Source: a virus (lineage: Duplodnaviria > Caudoviricetes). From it: 35,964 nt of DNA. A program made the position numbers and the translations under genes. The stretch is from the IMG/VR virus record IMGVR_UViG_3300031228_000019, positions 1 to 35,964 of that record; one strand, written 5' to 3'. Each line of letters begins with the position of its first letter. The first letter of the stretch is position 1. This document shows positions 1 through 8,168 of the stretch, in pieces. Below the pieces are notes generated by a model. That model was not told where the DNA came from and searched no databases. It was given only the letters and a program-made list of their open reading frames with translations.

Positions 1-114
1 GTCACCGTCGACCGGATCATCCCCGGCTGCAAGGGCGGCACCTACCGCCGCGACAACATCCGCCCGGCCTGCGGGCACTGCAACTCCGAGACCGGCGGAG
101 GGCTCCGCTCATGA
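1..114 (+). CDS. HNH endonuclease, C-terminal fragment (5' truncated by window edge)
   Basis: Frame 1 reads VTVDRIIPGCKGGTYRRDNIRPACGHCNSETGGGLRS*, matching the HNH pattern D-x-I-I-P...GG...N-x-x-x-x-C-x-x-C-N. The stop overlaps the next ATG (ATGA at 111-114). Confidence 0.8.
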   Translation, partial: VTVDRIIPGCKGGTYRRDNIRPACGHCNSETGGGLRS

Positions 115-263
115 ACGCCCACCAGTACGGGCCGTATCGACCCGACGAAGGCATCACGCCCGAGGGCCTCGAGCAGTGGAACGGCCACAGCTTCGACGAC
201 CTCGAAGGCATCCCGGACTGGCTGCACGAGCAGCGCCGACAGATCGCCGAGGCCACCGCATGA
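111..263 (+). CDS. Small hypothetical protein (50 aa, MNAHQYGPYRPDEG...)
   Basis: Not in the ORF track. ATGA overlaps at both ends couple it to its neighbours, and GC3 is high. Confidence 0.65.
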   Translation: MNAHQYGPYRPDEGITPEGLEQWNGHSFDDLEGIPDWLHEQRRQIAEATA

Positions 264-1084
264 CGCTTCCCGCGATCCCGGCCCTGCCCGAGCACCTCAC
301 CCAACGCGGCGGCAACCCCGACCTCGTCCGCGACGAACTCCTCGACATCATCAAGAACGCCATCACCAACCACCCCCGCTCCCTACAAACCCGGATCGGA
401 CCCTCCGAAGTCGCCCACCCCTGCGCCCGCCGCATCGGCTACATCCTCCTCGGCCACCCGAAGACCGAGTTCCCCAACGACGTCCCCTGGCTCCCCACCA
501 TCGGCACCGCCGTCCACGCCTGGGCCGAAGAACAGTTCCTCCTCCACGGCGCCGGCCGCGACCAGGTCCGCTACCTCGTCGAGCTCACCCTCGACGTCGG
601 CGAAATCCTCGGCATCCCCGTCACCGGACACGGCGACCTCTACGACCGGGCCACCGCCACCATGATCGACTGGAAGATCGTCGGCCCCACCCCCCTGAAG
701 AAGTACCGCAGCCAGGGCCCCGGCGAGCAGTACCGCGGCCAAATCCACCTCTACGGCCGCGGCGTACGCCGACGCGGCCTGCCCTGCGACACCGTCATGA
801 TCGCGTTCCTCCCCCGCAACGGGGAGCTGCGCGACGCCTACTTCTGGCACGAGCCCTACGACGAACAGGTCGCCCTCGCCGCCCTCGAACGCGCCAACGG
901 AATCGCCCTCGCCGCACAGTCCCTCGGCCCGGCCGCACTGCCGATGCTCCCCACCGCCGACGCCTACTGCCAACGCTGCCCCTACTACCAGCGCGGCTCG
1001 GTCGACCCCACCCAGGGCTGCCCGGGCGATGAGGCAGTTCAGGCTGGGATGCCCGAGCCCGCGTTGACGTTGGCGGGCCCATGA
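260..1084 (+). CDS. Cas4-like / RecB-family PD-(D/E)xK exonuclease
   Basis: IGPSEVAHPCARR, IGTAVH, GHGDLYD, IDWK, QIHLYG and C-terminal CQRCPY...C (Fe-S cluster type cysteines). Start reassigned to the ATGA at 260. Confidence 0.85.
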   Translation: MTLPAIPALPEHLTQRGGNPDLVRDELLDIIKNAITNHPRSLQTRIGPSEVAHPCARRIGYILLGHPKTEFPNDVPWLPTIGTAVHAWAEEQFLLHGAGRDQVRYLVELTLDVGEILGIPVTGHGDLYDRATATMIDWKIVGPTPLKKYRSQGPGEQYRGQIHLYGRGVRRRGLPCDTVMIAFLPRNGELRDAYFWHEPYDEQVALAALERANGIALAAQSLGPAALPMLPTADAYCQRCPYYQRGSVDPTQGCPGDEAVQAGMPEPALTLAGP

Positions 1085-1512
1085 GCCTCTGTCGGTGCGG
1101 GTGCGGACAAGTCACACCCCTCAGCGCCTACTCCGATAACCGGGACGGTCGTGTGAAAGGCGAGCCGCTCCGCTTCATCCGTGGTCACAACGCACGCAGC
1201 CATCCGTTAGCGGCTGACCGGTTCGCGGCCAAGGTCGACCAGCGTGGCGAGGACGACTGCTGGCCCTGGCTCGCCTCGACCAACGCCAAGGGATACGGCC
1301 ACATCTGGATCGACGGACGCTACGAGCAGGCCCACCGCTACGCCTACATCCTCGCCGTCGGTCCCATCCCTGACGGGCTCCACATCGACCACCTGTGCCG
1401 CAACACCAGGTGCGTCAACCCCCAGCACCTCGAAGCAGTCACGCCCGAAGAGAACTCACGTCGCCGACGCGCGGCCGAGCAGGAAACAACCACAACAAGG
1501 AGATCAGCATGA
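1081..1512 (+). CDS. HNH endonuclease (HNH_3 / homing type)
   Basis: N-terminal CRCGCG; CWPW, GYG, AHRYAY, HIDHLCRNTRCVNPQHLEAVTPEEN. Confidence 0.9.
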   Translation: MSLCRCGCGQVTPLSAYSDNRDGRVKGEPLRFIRGHNARSHPLAADRFAAKVDQRGEDDCWPWLASTNAKGYGHIWIDGRYEQAHRYAYILAVGPIPDGLHIDHLCRNTRCVNPQHLEAVTPEENSRRRRAAEQETTTTRRSA

Positions 1513-2285
1513 GTGAAGGATTCGACCTCGGCGGCAACGGGGGCCAGTACTTCTCGTTCGGGGCGCCAGGCGCTGACCCCGGCGCCCATATCTCGGGCTA
1601 CGTCCTCGACATGAAGGAGGTGCAGGCCACCAACTTCACCACGAAGGAGCTCGAGTTCTGGGATGACGGCAATCCCAAGATGCAGTACAAGGTCACCCTG
1701 CAGACCGAGCTCCGTGAGGACCAGACCGACGACGGGAAGCGCGACGTCTACCTCGACGGCCGGCGCTCTCTCAGTGACAACGGCACCAAGTCGAAGCTGT
1801 TCGCCGTCCTCGACGCGGTGCGCAAGGTGACAGGAGGGACGCAGCTGCAGCGTGGCGGCAAGCTGACGATGCAGTGGGTCTCGGGCAAGGGAGTCGTGGG
1901 GGACCCGCGTCACTACGAGGCGTGGTACGAAGCCCCCGCCGTTGATCTCGCTCCTGGCCCGCCTCAGCAGACGGTGCAGCAGACCGTCGCCCACCAGGCC
2001 GCCACCGGCCAGCAGCCCCCGCAGTTCGCCCAGCAGGCCGCCCCGCCTGTTGCGCCGCCGGTCCAGCAGCAGCTGGTGCCCACCGAGCATGGGCCCGTCA
2101 ACCCCGCCACCGGCGAGATCACCGGACCACCCCCCGCCCAGGCAGCACCGCCCGCGGCCGCACCGGTGTCGCAGTTCGTCAACGCCCAGGGCGTACCCGC
2201 CACCCGGGAAGCCGTCGCCGGCCTCAAGGCCGCGGGCATCGACCCGGCTGCTGTGTACGCCGGCTACGACGGCTCCCTCGGCTGA
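1509..2285 (+). CDS. Putative single-stranded DNA-binding protein with Gln/Pro/Ala-rich tail
   Basis: EVQATNFTTKELEFWDDGNPKMQ...LQT pattern typical of actinophage OB-fold SSBs. RBS AAGGAG precedes ATG 1509. Lies next to the Cas4-like exonuclease. Confidence 0.65.
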   Translation: MSEGFDLGGNGGQYFSFGAPGADPGAHISGYVLDMKEVQATNFTTKELEFWDDGNPKMQYKVTLQTELREDQTDDGKRDVYLDGRRSLSDNGTKSKLFAVLDAVRKVTGGTQLQRGGKLTMQWVSGKGVVGDPRHYEAWYEAPAVDLAPGPPQQTVQQTVAHQAATGQQPPQFAQQAAPPVAPPVQQQLVPTEHGPVNPATGEITGPPPAQAAPPAAAPVSQFVNAQGVPATREAVAGLKAAGIDPAAVYAGYDGSLG

Positions 2286-2298
2286 GGGCTGCTGGACA

Positions 2299-2336
2299 GG
2301 CCACCCGGGTCGACCTCGACCCCGACCCGGGTGGCC
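2299..2336 (+). terminator. GC-rich hairpin after SSB gene
   Basis: Perfect 14-bp inverted repeat GGCCACCCGGGTCG / CGACCCGGGTGGCC with a 10-nt loop and no U-tract. Confidence 0.5.
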
Positions 2337-2385
2337 GCTCGAGCAGCCACAGCACCCCAGCAAGGCCGACGACCAGGAGCAGACG

Positions 2386-2880
2386 ATGACGTACAACCAC
2401 GACCTCCCGCCAGAGCCCCAGTTCCTGGCCGACCCGCAGGTGTTGAACGACCTCGACGAGTACCACAACAAGCACCGCGAACGCCGCACCGCAGCCGAGG
2501 CTACCGACCCAGGGCGACTCCCGAAGCCGCCGCTCGGGTTGCGCCCCAAGTGGCTGGCCGACGAACAGCGGATCGCCGAAGTGCTCGCTGCGATCAGCCG
2601 ATACGAGACGGCCGGTTGGGATGTGCCCCAGGAATGGCGAGACGAGGTAGCCGTCCTCGCCGCCCAGACCACCGACCCAGGGGCAGGCGAAACCGTCACC
2701 GAGTGGGGCGTGCGATTCAGCGCAGACGTGGTGGAGGAGTACGCCGACGACGAGACGACTGCCCGCTTCGATGCGGAGCGTACGTCTGGGCGAGTGCTGT
2801 TGCGGCGGACGCGGACCAAACATCCCGACACCGTGTCCGACTGGCAGCACGTCGATCCCGAGGAGGTCACCTTTCCGTGA
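2386..2880 (+). CDS. Hypothetical protein (MTYNHDLPPEPQF...)
   Basis: RBS AGGAG before ATG 2386. The stop overlaps the primase GTG (GTGA). Confidence 0.7.
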   Translation: MTYNHDLPPEPQFLADPQVLNDLDEYHNKHRERRTAAEATDPGRLPKPPLGLRPKWLADEQRIAEVLAAISRYETAGWDVPQEWRDEVAVLAAQTTDPGAGETVTEWGVRFSADVVEEYADDETTARFDAERTSGRVLLRRTRTKHPDTVSDWQHVDPEEVTFP

Positions 2881-5465
2881 CCCTGCTCGACGCGGCCCTC
2901 GACTACGCCACCCACGGCTGCTCCGTCGTCCCCGTCCGCCCCGACGGCTCGAAAGCCGTCGCCGTCCCCTGGAAGCCCTACCAGACCACCCCACCGCACG
3001 CCGACCAGCTCCGCACCTGGTTCACCCCCAACGGCACCGGCCAGGCGTACGACGGGCTCGGCATCATCACCGGCACCGTCTCCGGCAACCTCGAACTCCT
3101 CGAGCTCGAAGGCCGCGCCGTCGACGAAGGCCTTCTCGCCCAACTACCTGCCCTCCTGGCCGACCACGGCTACGGCGACCTGTGGGCCCGGATCTGCGGC
3201 GGCTTCCTCGAACGCTCACCCTCAGGCGGCATGCACTGGCTCTACCGCGTCGACGGCCAGGTCGCCGGCAACACGAAACTCGCCCGCCGACCCTCAACCA
3301 CATCCGAGCTCGAGCAGGATCCCAAGGACAAGATCAAGGTCCTGGTCGAGACCCGCGGCGAAGGCGGCTTCGTCGTCGTCGCACCCTCCGCCGGCCGCAC
3401 CCACTCCACCGGCCTGGCCTGGACCATGCTCGCCGGCGGCCCCGACACGATTCCCACCATCACCGTCGACGAACGCGACGCACTCCACGCCATCGCCAAC
3501 ATGCTCGACCAGATGCCCGCCATCGACGCCCCAGCACCCCGGGCCAGCAGCGGCAGCACCAGCACGCCTGGTGACGGACGGCGGCCAGGCGACGACTACA
3601 ACGAGCGTGCCAACTGGCACGACATCCTCGAACCCGCCGGCTGGACCCCCTCGAAACGGTTCGGGCCCCGCTGCATCGGCTGGACCCGCCCCGGCAAGGA
3701 GGCCCACAGCGGCATCTCCGCCACCACAGGACGCAACGACGGCGACAACCTCTACGTCTTCTCCTCGAGCACCGAGTTCGAGCCCGAGACCCCCTACAGC
3801 AAGTTCGGGGCCTACGCGCTCCTCGAGCACGGCGGCGACTACGCCGCGGCCGCCAGCAAGCTGCGGACCGCCGGCTACGGCGACCCCATGCCGCAGCCCG
3901 TCCTCGAGCTCGTCCCCGGCCCAGCCGACCCGCCCCGCCCCGAAACCGTGACTACGAGCCTCGAAACCGGATCAAGACCCCCGGAAAGCGGAACAGCGGC
4001 CGCGGCCACCCAGGGCGCCACCGTCACCCAGCTGCAGCCCCGCCCCAACACCATGCTCCGCAGCGAGGACGGCCACGCCCACCAGCTCATCAACGCCTAC
4101 GGCGACCTCATCCGCTACTGCCCCGAACGCGGCCGCTGGCTCGTCTGGAACGGCTCACGCTGGGCCTGGCAGCCGCCCGGAGGCGGCCACGTCCGCGAAT
4201 ACGCCAAGAAGGTCGCCCGCGACCTTCCCGGCAGCGACAACGCCGAGATCACCCACAAACGCCGCTGCCTGTCCTCCGCCGGGATCTCCGGGTGCCTCAA
4301 ACAGGCCGAGACCGACCACCGCGTCACCGTCGCCATCAGCGAACTCGACGCCGACCCCTGGACCCTCAACACCCCCGCCGGCGTCGTCGACCTCCGCACC
4401 GGCCACATCCACCCCCCCGACCCGACCAGCCTGTGCACCAAAACCACCCGCGTCGCACCCGTCCTCGAGCAGCCCGACCCCGCCTGGGCGGCGTTCCTCG
4501 CCGACACCTTCGGCGACGACCATGAGACCCGCGACTACGTCCAACGACTCGTCGGGCTCACCCTCATCGGCCAGGTGCGCGAGCAGCTCCTCGCGTTCCT
4601 CCACGGCATCGGAGCCAACGGCAAATCCACCCTCGCCGAAACCCTCATGCACGCCCTCGGCGTCGGCGAAACCGGCTACGCCATCGCCGCACCCGCCGAG
4701 ATGCTCATGATCCGCAAACACTCCGAGCACCCAGCGGAGCTCGCCCAGCTCGCCGGCGCGCGCCTCGTCGTCTGCTCCGAGCTCGACGAAGGCCAACGCT
4801 TCGCCGAGGCCAAGATCAAACAGCTCACCGGCCGCGACTCCATCAACGCCCGGTTCCTCTACGGCCAACCGTTCACCTTCACCCCCTCCCACACCATCTG
4901 GCTGCTCGGCAACCACCGACCCCAGGCCCGCACCGGCGGCATGGCGTTCTGGCGCCGCGTGAAGACCATCGAGTTCGGCAACGTCGTGCCACCGGAACGA
5001 CGCGACCCAGCGCTCGGCGACAAGCTCGCTGCGGCCGCCGGCACCGTCCTAGCCTGGGCGATCGCCGGCGCCCTCGACTACCTCACCGGCGGCATCCGCG
5101 AACCCGCCTCAGTCTCCGAAGCCACCGCGGCGTACGCCGCCGACCAAGACACCATCGGACGTTTCGTCACCGACGTCTGCCACCGCGCCGACTCCGACAT
5201 CGTGCGCATCCCCGTCAGCGAGCTGCGGGCCGCCTACGAGACCTGGTGCCGCGAGGTCGGCGAAGAGCCGGCGACCGCGAAGCGCCTCACCCAGGAGCTC
5301 CAAGACCGGTTCGCTGTCGGCGACGGCAAGTCCAACGGCCGGCGCTTCTACACACGCATCACCATCCTCGAAGAGCCCGAGCCCGATAGTGATCCGACCC
5401 TCGACCTGGGCACAGATGCGGCACCCCAATCCGACCCTCCAGCGAGCCTCCCGGGGCTCGCATGA
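2877..5465 (+). CDS. Bifunctional DNA primase/polymerase fused to P4/D5-family SF3 helicase
   Basis: N-terminal prim-pol (ALDYATHGCSVVPV...WKPYQ, LELLELE, SPSGGMHWLY, ETRGEGGFVVVAPS). D5_N region (DADPWTLNTPAGVVDLRTG). Walker A GIGANGKST, IKQLTGRDSINARFLY, AFWRRV. Start reassigned to GTG 2877. Confidence 0.92.
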   Translation: MTLLDAALDYATHGCSVVPVRPDGSKAVAVPWKPYQTTPPHADQLRTWFTPNGTGQAYDGLGIITGTVSGNLELLELEGRAVDEGLLAQLPALLADHGYGDLWARICGGFLERSPSGGMHWLYRVDGQVAGNTKLARRPSTTSELEQDPKDKIKVLVETRGEGGFVVVAPSAGRTHSTGLAWTMLAGGPDTIPTITVDERDALHAIANMLDQMPAIDAPAPRASSGSTSTPGDGRRPGDDYNERANWHDILEPAGWTPSKRFGPRCIGWTRPGKEAHSGISATTGRNDGDNLYVFSSSTEFEPETPYSKFGAYALLEHGGDYAAAASKLRTAGYGDPMPQPVLELVPGPADPPRPETVTTSLETGSRPPESGTAAAATQGATVTQLQPRPNTMLRSEDGHAHQLINAYGDLIRYCPERGRWLVWNGSRWAWQPPGGGHVREYAKKVARDLPGSDNAEITHKRRCLSSAGISGCLKQAETDHRVTVAISELDADPWTLNTPAGVVDLRTGHIHPPDPTSLCTKTTRVAPVLEQPDPAWAAFLADTFGDDHETRDYVQRLVGLTLIGQVREQLLAFLHGIGANGKSTLAETLMHALGVGETGYAIAAPAEMLMIRKHSEHPAELAQLAGARLVVCSELDEGQRFAEAKIKQLTGRDSINARFLYGQPFTFTPSHTIWLLGNHRPQARTGGMAFWRRVKTIEFGNVVPPERRDPALGDKLAAAAGTVLAWAIAGALDYLTGGIREPASVSEATAAYAADQDTIGRFVTDVCHRADSDIVRIPVSELRAAYETWCREVGEEPATAKRLTQELQDRFAVGDGKSNGRRFYTRITILEEPEPDSDPTLDLGTDAAPQSDPPASLPGLA

Positions 5466-5680
5466 CACAGGGTCACGTCATCCGAAACAGGGTCACTTAC
5501 TCCGAAACCTCGACCTCGCACAGGGTCAGGTCGTCCGAACATTCGAGCCGCAAGCCGCTGACCTGCGCAAACACGCAACAGGGTCGGGAGGGTCAGGTAA
5601 TCCGGAAAGTCCTCTCGCGTACGCGCGTGACGCGCGCGGGGAGAGAAGTTCTGGAACACCCGACCCTCCCGACCCTGCCG
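5466..5680. repeat. Iteron-like repeat cluster, probable replication origin
   Basis: ACAGGGTC at ~5467, 5487, 5520 and 5578. CAGGGTCGGGAGGGTC (~5579-5594) is inverted at ~5662-5677 around an imperfect CGCG-rich palindrome. Lies directly after the primase-helicase. Confidence 0.6.
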
Positions 5681-5700
5681 GCCCCCCAGCAGGTGCCGGC

Positions 5701-6195
5701 ATGACCACCCAGCCCGAGCTCTTCGAGCAGCCCACCACGATCCCCATCACCCGGCCGGCCACCATCCAGGCCGCCCCCGAACGGTGGCTCCTCGACCACC
5801 TCATCCGCACCGGCCACCTCACCGAAACCGGCCTATCCCGACGAGCACGCATCCGCACCTGCCCCTGCCACCAGCTCGTGCTCGCAGGCCTCGACGAAGA
5901 CATCTGCGCCTTCGAAGTCGCCTGCGACCCCAACCCCCTCAGTCCACTCGGCGAAGCCCTCGCCCTCGTCGAAGGACGACGCACCCTCGCCGTCCACCGC
6001 GACCGCGGACGCTGGGTCCTCGACCGCCGAGACCACCACGACATCGCCGCCGACCCCGCCGGCACCAAACACCGCGAAGACGTCGTACGCGAACACCGCT
6101 GCACATCCCCGCCACCACCCCACGGCATGTACACCGACAGTCGCTTCCCCGAAACCACGCCGCCCCTACCCGCCGACGCCCAGCCCACCTTCTGA
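5701..6195 (+). CDS. Hypothetical protein with Cys/His metal-binding motifs
   Basis: ATG 5701 after CAGGTG; CPCH and EHRC motifs; C-ending codon bias matching neighbours. Confidence 0.7.
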   Translation: MTTQPELFEQPTTIPITRPATIQAAPERWLLDHLIRTGHLTETGLSRRARIRTCPCHQLVLAGLDEDICAFEVACDPNPLSPLGEALALVEGRRTLAVHRDRGRWVLDRRDHHDIAADPAGTKHREDVVREHRCTSPPPPHGMYTDSRFPETTPPLPADAQPTF

Positions 6196-6206
6196 GAGAG
6201 GACCTG

Positions 6207-7178
6207 ATGACAGACCCCCGCTGCCGGTACGTCGGCGACGACCAGGCCCGGATGCTCCGCACCCACCTCAAGGACTGCAACACCTCCGGCTGCCCCGGCT
6301 GCGAACCCTGCCCCGAACGCCACTGCCAGCTGTGCAACAAAGCCCACGTCACCGTCGACGGCCGCGGAGACGACCAGACCTGCATCACCTGCCTCGGCGC
6401 CACCCGCACCAACCTGACCGGGATCCTCAAGCTCTGCACCCGGCTCCTCGGCGAAGCCATCCTCCGAGGGATCAACTCCGAAGCCGCCATGCTGATCGGC
6501 CCCGCCGCCGACCCCGAAGCCTGGGGCTACCGACGCATGTCCGCACTCGCCGGCCGCATCGACCCCGCCTGGCTCGAAGACTGCCGAGACGAACTCCACC
6601 CCACCTGGGTGCTCGGCACCTGGAACCTCCTAGCCCGCGACCACCTCGACCAGGTCAACGGCGTACGCCCCACCCTCACCGAAGCCAAGGCCTACCTCGA
6701 CGGCAAGCTAAGCCACCTCGCCCACGACCCCACGTTCGCCTTCGACCAACTCGCCGCCGACGTCGCCCGCTGCCACGCCCACCTCGAGAACGTGCTCGCC
6801 GAAGGAGACCGCCCCGACACCGGCGCCCCCTGCCCCGTCTGCGGACACAAGGCCCTGGTCAAGGACTACGGCAACGACCCCGACGACGACGTCATGTGGC
6901 ACTGCCCCAGCTGCGACAACTGGTGGACCGACAAGAACTACCGGGACAAGATCCTCGGCGTGTACGTCGGGGTCGCCGACCGGCTCACCGCCTCCCAGAT
7001 CCAGCAGCAGTACCACGTCAACGAGTCCACCGTTCGCACCTGGGCCGACCGAGGCAAGACCCTCAACGGCCAGGTGTTCAAGGTCCGACGCCGAGGCCGA
7101 GACGACCAGGGTCGGATGCTGTACGACGTCGACGACGTGATCGCTGTGCGCGACGCCGCCGCCACAAGATCCGCGTGA
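6207..7178 (+). CDS. Cys-rich Zn-ribbon protein with C-terminal HTH, possible late-gene regulator
   Basis: RBS GAGGA. Multiple CxxC pairs, CPVC...CPSC ribbon, and HTH-like LTASQIQQQYHVNESTVRTWADRG...LYDVDDV. It is the last long gene before the packaging module. Confidence 0.7.
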   Translation: MTDPRCRYVGDDQARMLRTHLKDCNTSGCPGCEPCPERHCQLCNKAHVTVDGRGDDQTCITCLGATRTNLTGILKLCTRLLGEAILRGINSEAAMLIGPAADPEAWGYRRMSALAGRIDPAWLEDCRDELHPTWVLGTWNLLARDHLDQVNGVRPTLTEAKAYLDGKLSHLAHDPTFAFDQLAADVARCHAHLENVLAEGDRPDTGAPCPVCGHKALVKDYGNDPDDDVMWHCPSCDNWWTDKNYRDKILGVYVGVADRLTASQIQQQYHVNESTVRTWADRGKTLNGQVFKVRRRGRDDQGRMLYDVDDVIAVRDAAATRSA

Positions 7179-7217
7179 TCTGCGCACATGCCCGAGCACG
7201 ATCGGCTAAGGTCTGAG

Positions 7218-7252
7218 ACTGAAGGTGCCCCTGATGTGTGGGCACCTTCAGT
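7218..7252 (+). terminator. Hairpin between early and late regions
   Basis: Perfect 13-bp stem ACTGAAGGTGCCC / GGGCACCTTCAGT with a 9-nt loop. Confidence 0.55.
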
Positions 7253-7262
7253 GCGTTCGGGG

Positions 7263-7574
7263 GTGAACGTGAGCAAACCCCGCTACCGCCACGCACACCA
7301 GCAAGAGCGCAAGCGCTGGGCCCCCGTCGTCGCAGCAGGAGACGCATACTGCGCCGAACCCGTGTGCCTCATGAAGAGCCGATGGATCCCACCCAACTGG
7401 GCCACGACCCAGCTCTGGCACCTGTGCCACGACCCCAGCGGAACCATCGTCATCGGCGTCGGCCACCGCAAGTGCAACCTCAGCGAGGCCGCCAAGCGAG
7501 GCAACAAGATGCGCTCACGCAAGGCCAAGCCGCCGCCCACGAAGAAACGGCCGACGAACCGCTGGGTTCTCTGA
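7263..7574 (+). CDS. Packaging-associated HNH endonuclease (HK97 gp74-like position)
   Basis: YRHAHQQERKRW...CAEPVC...WHLCHD...HRKCNLSEAA, immediately upstream of the terminase genes. Start uncertain (GTG 7263 or 7269). Confidence 0.7.
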   Translation: MNVSKPRYRHAHQQERKRWAPVVAAGDAYCAEPVCLMKSRWIPPNWATTQLWHLCHDPSGTIVIGVGHRKCNLSEAAKRGNKMRSRKAKPPPTKKRPTNRWVL

Positions 7575-7700
7575 AAAATTTCCGCGAAAATTCCGCGAGA
7601 AAAATTCGGGGAGGGCCGGTCAAAAGTTCAGCGCGATCGCCAGAAGACCGCCGCCGTCTTCCTTCTTCTCTCTCCGCTCCGTCACGAGTGGCGGCGTCAC
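7575..7700. other. Putative cos/packaging region (joined genome ends)
   Basis: Non-coding gap between HNH and terS. Contains three AAAATT(T)C repeats ~13 bp apart and a pyrimidine tract TCTTCCTTCTTCTCTCTCC. The plus strand changes from C-rich to more G-rich across it. Confidence 0.5.
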
Positions 7701-7715
7701 GCTAAGGAGTACGTC

Positions 7716-8168
7716 GTGAAGACCTGCGAGGCGCCTGACTGTGACGTGGAGTTTGAGCCGGCCCGGTCGACGGCCCGGTTCCACACGGCGACCTGTCGGC
7801 AGCGCGCGGCTCGGGCCCGCAAGGCCGCGGACGCCCACGAGATCGACGAGGCGAAGACGGACACCCTGGCTGAGCACGGCCTGGTCAAGGCGGTCCGGAC
7901 CGAGCTCGAGCAGGCGAAGAAGGACCAGACGTTCAGCGGTCAGCTCGCTATCCAGCTGGCGCGCCGGCTGGCGAACCCGGAGGAGTCCGGCAGCACGGCG
8001 CTGTCGAAGGAGCTCCGCGCGGTGATGGCTGAGGCGTTGGTGTCCGTCGTCCCGCCGGCCGCTGGTGCCGGGTCTGAGCCGGCGCCGCCGGTCGAGGACG
8101 ACCAGGTCAGTCGAGCGAGGAGGGCCCGTGAAGACAAGGCCCGCGCGGCGGCAGCTGGTCGAGCCTGA
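7716..8168 (+). CDS. terS: Terminase small subunit
   Basis: RBS AAGGAG. N-terminal CEAPDC...FH...C Zn motif and helical LAIQLARRL...ALSKELRAVM segment. Located before terL. Confidence 0.7.
   Translation: MKTCEAPDCDVEFEPARSTARFHTATCRQRAARARKAADAHEIDEAKTDTLAEHGLVKAVRTELEQAKKDQTFSGQLAIQLARRLANPEESGSTALSKELRAVMAEALVSVVPPAAGAGSEPAPPVEDDQVSRARRAREDKARAAAAGRA

Noticed and set aside
260-1084. CRISPR-Cas locus suggested by the Cas4-like gene
   Set aside because: No repeat-spacer array or other cas genes were seen. Solo Cas4-like exonucleases are common in actinophages.
2331-2876. N-terminal 182 aa of the 1044-aa ORF as part of the primase
   Set aside because: It is an Arg/Pro-rich off-frame read overlapping gene 2386-2880. 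The prim-pol domain starts at GTG 2877.
1344-3143. Long minus-strand ORFs (also 8107-9516, 11088-13088, 17723-18805 and similar)
   Set aside because: These are shadows of well-supported plus-strand genes in high-GC DNA, with no motifs or RBS.
5462-5704. 80-aa ORF after the helicase
   Set aside because: Although it has ATGA overlaps, it spans the repeat cluster and lacks the local codon bias. It is treated as origin DNA but not fully excluded.
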